Origin: Pseudomonadota bacterium
GTDB taxonomy: Bacteria; Myxococcota_A; UBA796; JAFGLY01
Assembly (NCBI GenBank): GCA_043814015.1
Contig: JBDRKM010000267.1
Span: 8,773-72,772, forward strand
Direction: 5' to 3'
Length of the DNA: 64,000 nucleotides
A program made the translations under genes and the position numbers. Of the stretch, positions 36,643 to 43,809 are shown piece after piece. A model generated the notes under the pieces. That model saw only the letters and a list, made by a program, of their open reading frames with translations, had not been told where the DNA came from and ran no database searches. The first letter of the stretch is position 1. Each line of letters opens with the position of its first letter.

Positions 36643-37707
36643 TCAGCCCTCCAGCAGGCGCGCCACGAACCGCAGGTTGAGCACCCGGCCCTCGACACCG
36701 CGCTGGGCGAAGGCGTCCATGGCCTTGCGGGCAGCCTCCGCGACGTCGCGCGCCACCACCAGCCAGGTGACCCCCGGCTCGATGGTGACCTCGTAGCCGT
36801 CGAGATCTCCCGCGAACGCCGGCGCAGCCGGTGCGCTGCGGATGGGCGCCGGGGAGGACGCCGCGATGGTCAACGCGGGGCTCTCGACCGCGGCCGCGGT
36901 GCGACCCGCGTCGAGCAGACGGATGGCCTCCTCGTTGGGCAGCGGCGAGCCCTCGCCCCGCCAGCGCGCCGGGACGCCGTGGCGCAGGCGCCAGGCGCGG
37001 ACGTTCGCCGGGCTGGTACCCGCGAGCTCGGCGATGCGCGCGTCGGTGAGGATGCCGATTTGCTCCTGGTACGCCGCGAGCTTGCCGCGCCGGCCATCTG
37101 AGCCCTTCGCGAGCGCCTCACGCTGCGATTCGCCACGCCAACCGGCGGGGATCCCGCGACGCTTCCGGTAGGTCCGCACGTTCTCGGCGGTCACCCCGGC
37201 CATGGCCGCGATCTCGGCATCGGGCAGGACCCCGAGTTGTTCGAGGTACTTACCGAGCTTGGTCCTGCGGGAACGCGGCCCCTGCGCGGGCGCGCGCTTC
37301 CGGGTCTCAGGCCTGGCGGGCGGTGTGATCGGCTCGGTGGGCGCATCGACCACATCATCGACGTCCACGGCGGTGCCAAAATCCGCCACGCTATCCGCCT
37401 CTGGGATGGCATCCGTCACAGCGAGATCACCGTTGCTGTCCGCAGGTTCGGGTGGGAGCGCTGCCGCCGCCTTTCGCTTGGCACGCCCTCCGGAGGGCTT
37501 CTTCGGGGGAACGACCTCGCTGACGTCGGCGACGTCCTCGGGGCCCCCCTCACCGCGCCAGCGGGCGGGGATTCCCCGGCGCGTGCGGTAGGCCCTGACA
37601 TTCTCCGCTGTGACACCGACCAGCGCCGCCAGCTCCGCATCCGGGAGGACGCCCAGCTGGTCCAGATAGGGATCGAGCTTGGTTTTTCTGTGCAGACGGG
37701 GTGCCAT
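36643..37707 (-). CDS. Protein with three tandem HTH-like repeats (LG.LPDAE(L/I)A...GVTAENVR.YR.RRGIPA.WRGE) and a small C-terminal alpha/beta domain
   Basis: A strong SD sequence (AAGGAG; plus strand ctcctt within 37711-37720) lies 5-6 nt from the ATG at 37707. Three copies of about 45 aa are separated by acidic/Pro-rich linkers. I infer DNA binding from the helix-turn-helix-like pattern only. Confidence 0.7.
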   Translation of the reverse strand: MAPRLHRKTKLDPYLDQLGVLPDAELAALVGVTAENVRAYRTRRGIPARWRGEGGPEDVADVSEVVPPKKPSGGRAKRKAAAALPPEPADSNGDLAVTDAIPEADSVADFGTAVDVDDVVDAPTEPITPPARPETRKRAPAQGPRSRRTKLGKYLEQLGVLPDAEIAAMAGVTAENVRTYRKRRGIPAGWRGESQREALAKGSDGRRGKLAAYQEQIGILTDARIAELAGTSPANVRAWRLRHGVPARWRGEGSPLPNEEAIRLLDAGRTAAAVESPALTIAASSPAPIRSAPAAPAFAGDLDGYEVTIEPGVTWLVVARDVAEAARKAMDAFAQRGVEGRVLNLRFVARLLEG

Positions 37708-38025
37708 GGGATCTCCTTGGCATGTAGGTCATCGATGTAGCTGCCGAGCACCCGAATGTTAACACGCCCCAGTGTCCCAAGCGACTTTTTTTTTCATGCT
37801 CCAACGTGGGCAGACTACCTAAAACGCGATTAGCTATAGCACTAGCTCGCCAGCAGAGCATGACCCACCGCCGCCGCGCTGTTATTTTTCCTTTCGATAA
37901 ATAGTGGTTTTCCCTGATCTCCTCGCCAGGCGGAGGCGCCCCCTCGAGCCGAACGCCTGCGGTGGTGTCCCGGCGACCACCGTGATCACGCCAAGGGTGG
38001 TACATTCCGCTGCGGAGCAGACCTG
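37708..38025. promoter_or_regulatory. AT-rich divergent intergenic region (likely promoters for 37707- and 38026+) with a T9 tract and an AGCTA-n6-TAGCT dyad
   Basis: G+C is about 29-32 of 60 per line across 37741-37920, against about 44 of 60 in coding DNA. A T9 tract lies at 37786-37794. The dyad is agctatagcactagct at 37832-37847, containing the palindrome gctatagc at 37833-37840. No promoter boxes could be assigned confidently. Confidence 0.4.
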
Positions 38026-38838
38026 ATGCTACTCACCATACTCTTCGCCGTCACCACCGCCCTGGCGCTCACTCCCCCAATTGGCTGGAGCGCCACCGGG
38101 CCAAACCTCGCGACGCTCATCCCAGCGGACCCTGGCCGTGGCGAGCTTCGGGAGCTTCGGCTACCAGGCGCCAGCCTCGCGCCCGAAGGGCTGGTGGCCG
38201 CGCTGGCGGCCGAGGGCACCGTGGCCACGGTCCTGGCCCGTGAAGCTGACGGCACGGTGACCCTCGCCCTCGGACAGGACCGGATCGCCCGAGCGCGCGC
38301 CCAGGGGGGCACGGCGGAGGTCACCTGGTACCTCGTGCAGGCCACGCGCGCGGCCTCGGCCCAGCTCGACGCGGACGCCCTGCTCGCGGCCATCATGCCC
38401 CGAACGGGCCCCCCGCTGCTGCAGGGCGCCCAGATCGAGGTGCTGCCCGCCGGCGCCGACGGCACGCTGTGGGATCCCACCGGCGCCCCGGCGCCCGCCG
38501 CGCCGGTGCTGGCCGGCCCCTGGGGCGCCACCGCGGAGCCCTCCTCCCCGGGATGGGCGCCCCTCGCCGCGCTGGTGGGAGTCTGGGGTGGCACCACCAC
38601 GGTGATGTGGGGCGCCGAGCGGATGGTCCTCAGCCTGGATGTGGACGGGCACCTCCGCATCGAAGAGCATGGCGCCGACGGCACCCGCCTCACCGAGGGG
38701 ACCTGGGGTGCTGGGGCCGACCAGCTGCGCTTCGCCCCCCTCACCGGCGCGCCCGTGCTCTCCGGCTACTCGGTCGATGCCCAGTCCCTGACCTTCGTGT
38801 GGGAGGGCCGCACCGTCACCCTGCTGCGGCGGCGCTGA
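38026..38838 (+). CDS. Secreted hypothetical protein
   Basis: MLLTILFAVTTALALTPP is a signal-like N-terminus. The stop overlaps the trmH start (TGATG at 38836-38840). I recognise no family. Confidence 0.55.
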   Translation: MLLTILFAVTTALALTPPIGWSATGPNLATLIPADPGRGELRELRLPGASLAPEGLVAALAAEGTVATVLAREADGTVTLALGQDRIARARAQGGTAEVTWYLVQATRAASAQLDADALLAAIMPRTGPPLLQGAQIEVLPAGADGTLWDPTGAPAPAAPVLAGPWGATAEPSSPGWAPLAALVGVWGGTTTVMWGAERMVLSLDVDGHLRIEEHGADGTRLTEGTWGAGADQLRFAPLTGAPVLSGYSVDAQSLTFVWEGRTVTLLRRR

Positions 38839-39554
38839 TGGCCCACTCCAACGCCCCTGTCCTGGGCAGCCTCCCCTTCGAGGAGGCCGTACGGCGCATC
38901 CCGGCCGAGCTGCTCCCCATGCTGGAGGGGGTGCGCCCCCGCCGGGTGGCCCGCATGGTGGAGGTCCTGGAGCAGCGCATGGGCTCGGTGGTGCTGGTGG
39001 CCGAGGCCGTCCGGCGGCGCCACAACGTCAGCGCGCTCCTGCGAACCGCCGACGCCTTCGGCCTGCACGAGGTGCAGCTGGTGGCGGGCGACTTCCAGCC
39101 CAGCCGGGGGGCGGCGCGCGGCTCGGAGCGCTGGCTCAGGATCCGGCGTCAGCCCGACACCGCCACCTGCATCACGGAGCTGCACGCCCGCGGCTTCCGC
39201 GTCATCGCCGCGGACCTCGCCCCCGGCGCGGTGACCCCTGAGGAGATCCCGGTGGACCGCCCGGTGGCCCTGCTGTTCGGCTCGGAGCTGGCGGGGATCT
39301 CCGCCACGGCCCGGGCCAGGGCGGACGGCTTCGTGCTCATCCCCATGGCGGGCTTCGTCGAGTCCCTGAACGTGTCCGTCGCGGCCGCCATCACCACCCG
39401 GATCGTGGCCGCCCGCCGCCGAGCCCTGGTGGGGGCCGATCTGGACGAGGCCGACCGCGCCGCCGCGCTGCAGGAGTGGCTGGAGCGCGAGGACCGCTAC
39501 GGGCGGGCGGCGTACGTCCGCTGCCGCGCCGAGGGGGGGTCCACCGCGAGGTAG
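38838..39554 (+). CDS. trmH: SpoU/TrmH-family tRNA/rRNA 2'-O-ribose methyltransferase
   Basis: VVLVAEAVRRRHNVSALLRTADAFG, LLFGSELAGIS and IPMAGFVESLNVSVAAAI are the three SpoU motifs. I use the start at the internal ATG at 38838. Confidence 0.8.
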   Translation: MAHSNAPVLGSLPFEEAVRRIPAELLPMLEGVRPRRVARMVEVLEQRMGSVVLVAEAVRRRHNVSALLRTADAFGLHEVQLVAGDFQPSRGAARGSERWLRIRRQPDTATCITELHARGFRVIAADLAPGAVTPEEIPVDRPVALLFGSELAGISATARARADGFVLIPMAGFVESLNVSVAAAITTRIVAARRRALVGADLDEADRAAALQEWLEREDRYGRAAYVRCRAEGGSTAR

Positions 39555-40471
39555 ATCCAGACCGGCCGGTGGTCCGAGATGTTCTGTTGGCCGCCGAAGC
39601 CGCCCTCGTAGTCGCTCCAGGGAGGGGTCTCGTCGTGGGCGATGACCTGGCAGGCGCCCGGCTGACCGCCGTCCCGGTAGGCGGGCCACAGGGGCTCGCT
39701 CAGCACCAGGTGATCGATCAGCGATCGGTAGCCGATCTGGGAGTAGCCGTCGGTGTCACGGGTGGCGAAGGTGAAGCCCGGATCGTCCTCGAACACGGCC
39801 AGGGAGGGCCAGACGCTGTTCAAGGGGGTGAAGGCGTCGTTGAAGTCGCCCGCCACCAGGACGCTGGTGTGGAAGGGGGCGCGCTCGGGCTCGGCCGCCA
39901 GCTCCTCCACCAGCCAGGTGTGCAGGGCCTCGGCCTGCGCGTAGCGCTGGGCGGCGTCCTCGTTGTCGGCGTAGGGCTTGTGGTGGACCACCACGAAGGT
40001 GAAGGCGAGCTCGCCGTCGAGGCTGGCGACGTCGGCCACCAGCGGATCCTTGGAGGGCCACTCGTTGACCTCCAGGTGGACCTCGCGCACGTTCTCCACC
40101 CGCAGGCGGTCCGCGCGCCAGAGGATGGTGGGGTTCTGCGACCAGCCGGAGGCACCCACCGCCCAGGCCCAGGGCTCCGGGAGCTCCAGCAGGGCCATGG
40201 CCGCCTCGCCATCGACCTCCTGGAGGGCGACCAGATCGAGGTCGAAGCCGGTGAACATGCGGGCGATCATGGCGTAGTCCACCGCGTTGCGCGGCGTGTA
40301 GCCGTCCTCGTAGGCCGCCCAGAGCCAGGAGGTGTTGAAGGTGGCCACCTGCAGCCAGGCCGGATCCACGTACTGCTCGGGGGTGACCCAGGGCGCGCCG
40401 GTGTCCACGGGCACGGTGCGCTCGCGGGGAATGAGGCCGCAACCGCACAGCAGGAGGAGGGGCCAGATCAT
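39497..40471 (-). CDS. Endonuclease/exonuclease/phosphatase (EEP) family lipoprotein
   Basis: I prefer the start at MIWPLLLLCGC (lipobox; cat at 39469+1002, i.e. 40469-40471). Motifs are LVALQEV, LVAGDFND and ISDHRPVWIYL. The 3' end overlaps trmH by 58 nt in convergent orientation. Confidence 0.85.
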   Translation of the reverse strand: MIWPLLLLCGCGLIPRERTVPVDTGAPWVTPEQYVDPAWLQVATFNTSWLWAAYEDGYTPRNAVDYAMIARMFTGFDLDLVALQEVDGEAAMALLELPEPWAWAVGASGWSQNPTILWRADRLRVENVREVHLEVNEWPSKDPLVADVASLDGELAFTFVVVHHKPYADNEDAAQRYAQAEALHTWLVEELAAEPERAPFHTSVLVAGDFNDAFTPLNSVWPSLAVFEDDPGFTFATRDTDGYSQIGYRSLIDHLVLSEPLWPAYRDGGQPGACQVIAHDETPPWSDYEGGFGGQQNISDHRPVWIYLAVDPPSARQRTYAARP

Positions 40472-40475
40472 GCGG

Positions 40476-41804
40476 TCACGAGAGGGCCGCCAGGAGGTGC
40501 TCCCGCACCAGCCCATGGCGCGGGTCGTCGTCGGGGAGGACCTTCGACAGGGCCTGAGCCCGCTCGGCCACCCCCGGCTCCCCGCGGTTGCGCGCCAGCA
40601 GGGCCGCCAGGTAGCCGTCGATCCAGGCCGGCTGACGGGCGTGGACCGCGATCTGCTGCAGGAGCTCCTCGGCGCGGGCGGGTTCGAGGCGGTCCTCGAG
40701 GTACAGCTGCGCCAGCATCCGGACGGACTCCACGTCGAGCGGCTGGCTGCCGCACTTGCCCGGGCCCTTGCACAGACGGGTGAGCCCGCTCTCCAGCACC
40801 TGCATGGCCGCGACGCGCTGCCCGCCCTTGATGCGGATGCGGGCCAGCATCCTGTGGACGCCGAAGTCGCCCGGCGCCTGGCGCAGCAGGGCCAGGCCGG
40901 CCGCGTCGGCTTCGGGCAACCGCCCGAGGGCCTCCAGCAGGGCGACCTCGTTGGCGGCGAGCTCCAGATCGGTGTCGGTGGCGCGCTGGTCGCGGAGGAC
41001 GCCGAGGGCTTCCTCGAGGCGGTGGTCCGAGGCCAACGCCCGCGCCAGCATGACGGCGGTGTGGAAGGCGCCCACACGCCGGTGGCCGAAGGCCTCGCCG
41101 AAGGAGCGCAGCTCGCTGGCGGCGCGGGCGAACTGCCCGAGGGCGAGGGCGGCCTGGCCCCGAGGCAGCCGCACGGCGGGCTCACCGGCGGCGAAGGGCT
41201 CCAGGGACTCCCACGCGCCCTGGGCATCGCCATCTTCCAGGCGCAGGACGGCGGTGGCGAAGCCCGGCCCGAGGGCCAGCAAGCGGGCGCGGAGATCCGC
41301 GGGCCAGGCCTCCATCAGCATGGCGTAGCGCACCTGCGGGTGGTCCGGGGGCAGGGAGAAGATGGGATCGGCGCCGAACCCGGGCGAGGGGGCCTCGTGG
41401 GGGACGGGCCCGCGGACGCCGCAGCTACCGCCGGCGCAGGAGCTGCGACCCAGGTGGCGCTCCTCCCTGGCGGCCTGTGCGGCCCGCCGCGCGGTGCGGG
41501 CTTCGCGCACGACCCGCCGCCCAGCGCGCATGGCGTCGGCGTGGCGTGGCGCGGCGAAGCCCTCCGCGAGCTTCAGGTGCTCGGCGGCGGCCTCTCCCTG
41601 GCCCGCGGCGGCAGCTCGCTCGGCCGCTTCGAGGTTCAGGGAGACGAGGGTGTCGATCACCTCGACGCGGCAGGCCTCGGCCTCATGGCCCTCGACCCCC
41701 TCGAGCTCGAGGCGCGCCTGCCCGGGATCCCCGTGCGCGAGGAGCTTGCGCGCCCTGGCGATCCGCTCGGCGGGGCCGGGGAAGAGCCAGGCCCAGAACC
41801 CCAT
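40476..41804 (-). CDS. TPR-like helical-repeat hypothetical protein
   Basis: 442 aa, Ala/Leu/Arg-rich with helical repeats. It is packed between def (3-nt gap) and the EEP gene (4-nt gap), so it is probably co-transcribed with them. Confidence 0.55.
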   Translation of the reverse strand: MGFWAWLFPGPAERIARARKLLAHGDPGQARLELEGVEGHEAEACRVEVIDTLVSLNLEAAERAAAAGQGEAAAEHLKLAEGFAAPRHADAMRAGRRVVREARTARRAAQAAREERHLGRSSCAGGSCGVRGPVPHEAPSPGFGADPIFSLPPDHPQVRYAMLMEAWPADLRARLLALGPGFATAVLRLEDGDAQGAWESLEPFAAGEPAVRLPRGQAALALGQFARAASELRSFGEAFGHRRVGAFHTAVMLARALASDHRLEEALGVLRDQRATDTDLELAANEVALLEALGRLPEADAAGLALLRQAPGDFGVHRMLARIRIKGGQRVAAMQVLESGLTRLCKGPGKCGSQPLDVESVRMLAQLYLEDRLEPARAEELLQQIAVHARQPAWIDGYLAALLARNRGEPGVAERAQALSKVLPDDDPRHGLVREHLLAALS

Positions 41805-41807
41805 GGC

Positions 41808-42497
41808 TCAACCCTCCGCGGGAGAACCCCGCCCCAGCATCAGCGGGGTGGAGGACCAACCCGAGGAACTGGCGGTGTCGGGCGGGGCACCCGCTGCAGG
41901 CCCTGGCGGGACCTCGGACGGCTCGGTGTCCTCTTCATCGCCACCGGCCCCACCGTCGCCCTCCGGCGGGCCGCCACCGCGACGAAAGTTGGGATCGAGG
42001 GGGCCGAACCGACGCAGCTCGTCCATGAAGGCGAGGGTCTTGAGATCGCAGCGGTCGACGAACAGCACGCCGTCGAGGTGATCGCACTCGTGCTGCACCG
42101 CGATGGCGGGGAAGCCCTCCAGATCCATGCTGACGGCCTCCCCCTCGCGATCCAGGCCGTCCACGCGCACCTTGCTCACACGGTTCACCGCCGCCCGCAG
42201 GTCGGGGATGGACAGGCAGCCCTCGAAGGACCGCACGAGGTTGGTGCTGAGGAACGAGATCTCGGGGTTGACGACCACCATGGGCCCGGCCTCGGGATCG
42301 GCGCTCAGCACGATGATCCGCAGCGGGACGTACACCTGCGGCGCGGCCAGGCCCGCCCCCTCGGACTCCCGGACGGTCTCGATCATGTCGTCGAACAGCC
42401 GCTGGATGTCGGGATCGTCGAGGCGCTCGGGCGGCAGGGGCTCCGCGACGCGGCGGAGCACTGGGTGGCCCATGCGGGCGATGCGGAGGATGGACAT
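41808..42497 (-). CDS. def: Peptide deformylase with an unusual roughly 60-aa low-complexity C-terminal tail
   Basis: GAGLAAPQV (motif 1), EGCLSIP (motif 2) and QHECDHLDG (motif 3, HExxH). The tail is RRGGGPPEGDGGAGGDEEDTEPSE... Confidence 0.9.
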   Translation of the reverse strand: MSILRIARMGHPVLRRVAEPLPPERLDDPDIQRLFDDMIETVRESEGAGLAAPQVYVPLRIIVLSADPEAGPMVVVNPEISFLSTNLVRSFEGCLSIPDLRAAVNRVSKVRVDGLDREGEAVSMDLEGFPAIAVQHECDHLDGVLFVDRCDLKTLAFMDELRRFGPLDPNFRRGGGPPEGDGGAGGDEEDTEPSEVPPGPAAGAPPDTASSSGWSSTPLMLGRGSPAEG

Positions 42498-42638
42498 TCC
42501 TGCTCCTCGGGTTGACCAATCAGACTATCATCGGCCGTCTGCCCAGGCTCCCCGCTGCGCGCCGCGGGTCGGTGTGCTAGGAGACCAAACCACGGTGATC
42601 CCCCCCGATCCCGACCCCAGCCCCTGGAGGTCCCGCCC

Positions 42639-43790
42639 ATGATGCCCACGGCCATCCTCGCCATCCTGCTGCAGCTCACCCCCGCCCAGGCCCAGGACTG
42701 CGACGCCAAGGCGCTGAAGGCCCAGATCGTCGATGCCAGCCCCCGCGCCGTGGCGGGGCTCTTCCTCGACCTGGCGGACTGCGACCCCAAGGTGGCCCAG
42801 CAGGAGGCGCCCGCCGCTTTCCAGAAGATCCTGTCGGGCCAGGAGGGTGTCAAGGCCGCGGCGGCCGCGGTCCGCGTCGGCGCCTCCCAGACCGTCCGCG
42901 ACTGGATCGAGGCCCTCATCTCCGACGAACGCGCCGCCACCCTGGCCGGCCTCGGCGAGGCCTGCTCCCAGGAACCCGCCATGGTGGGCTTCTTCGTCGA
43001 GTCCCACCATCAGCTCGGCGACCGCTTCTGGCGCGACCGCTGGCACCGCGGCCTGTCCGAGTGCCGCACCCCCGAAATCCAGGATCTGCTGCGCAAGGCG
43101 TTCCAGGAAGATCCGGTCAAGAAGGACAGCTCCCGGTTCGGTTCCATCCTCGAGGTCTACTGCTCCAACGCCCGCCGGGAGGCCATCCCATGGCTGAAGG
43201 CGCTGATGTTCACCACCTACGAGGAGAACCAGCTCCACATCATGAGCGCCTTCGCCAACGCGGCCGGCGTCGGCACCCCCGAGGGCATGGACGCGGAGGC
43301 CGCCAAAGAGGCCATCACCGCCATCATCGACGTGGCGCCCCAGCTGCCCGCCAAGGTGGTCGAGCAGGCGCGCATCACGCTGGAGTCCCTCGGTGCCATG
43401 CAGGAGGCCGACGAGCTGGTCGCCGTCCGCTACGCCGACCGCCGCCAGGCCGACGGCCGCTTCATGTGGGGCGCCATCGCCGTGGAGACCGCCACCTGCA
43501 AGAAGGGCGAGACCCGGCTCGGCGTCTGGAGCGCCCCGGTCTTCGAGCCCGGCCACCGCTGGCCCGACCAGATGCACGACCCGGTCCAGGCCGCGGTGGA
43601 GGCCGGCTGGGAGCTGGATGTGGCCAAGAAGTGCAAGGGCACGAGCACCGTAGAGGTGATCGTCTCCCCGCACCCCTTCCTCGACGGTGCCGAGTGGGCC
43701 ACCTGGCGCGACGAGCAGCTGCGCGACATCCGCAAGCGGCCCTCCACCCGCACCGACGAGGTCAACGCGGCGGCGCCGGTGCTTCCCTGA
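42639..43790 (+). CDS. Secreted hypothetical protein
   Basis: MMPTAILAILLQLTPAQAQD is a signal peptide. 383 aa with several Cys. I recognise no family. Confidence 0.55.
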   Translation: MMPTAILAILLQLTPAQAQDCDAKALKAQIVDASPRAVAGLFLDLADCDPKVAQQEAPAAFQKILSGQEGVKAAAAAVRVGASQTVRDWIEALISDERAATLAGLGEACSQEPAMVGFFVESHHQLGDRFWRDRWHRGLSECRTPEIQDLLRKAFQEDPVKKDSSRFGSILEVYCSNARREAIPWLKALMFTTYEENQLHIMSAFANAAGVGTPEGMDAEAAKEAITAIIDVAPQLPAKVVEQARITLESLGAMQEADELVAVRYADRRQADGRFMWGAIAVETATCKKGETRLGVWSAPVFEPGHRWPDQMHDPVQAAVEAGWELDVAKKCKGTSTVEVIVSPHPFLDGAEWATWRDEQLRDIRKRPSTRTDEVNAAAPVLP

Positions 43791-43809
43791 AAGCTGACCG
43801 CTCTCCGAT

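Noticed and set aside
39476-42515. Long plus-strand ORFs 39476..40783 and 40332..42515
   Set aside because: They are antisense to the well-supported EEP, TPR-like and def genes. Their translations are Gly/Arg/Pro-rich with no motifs.
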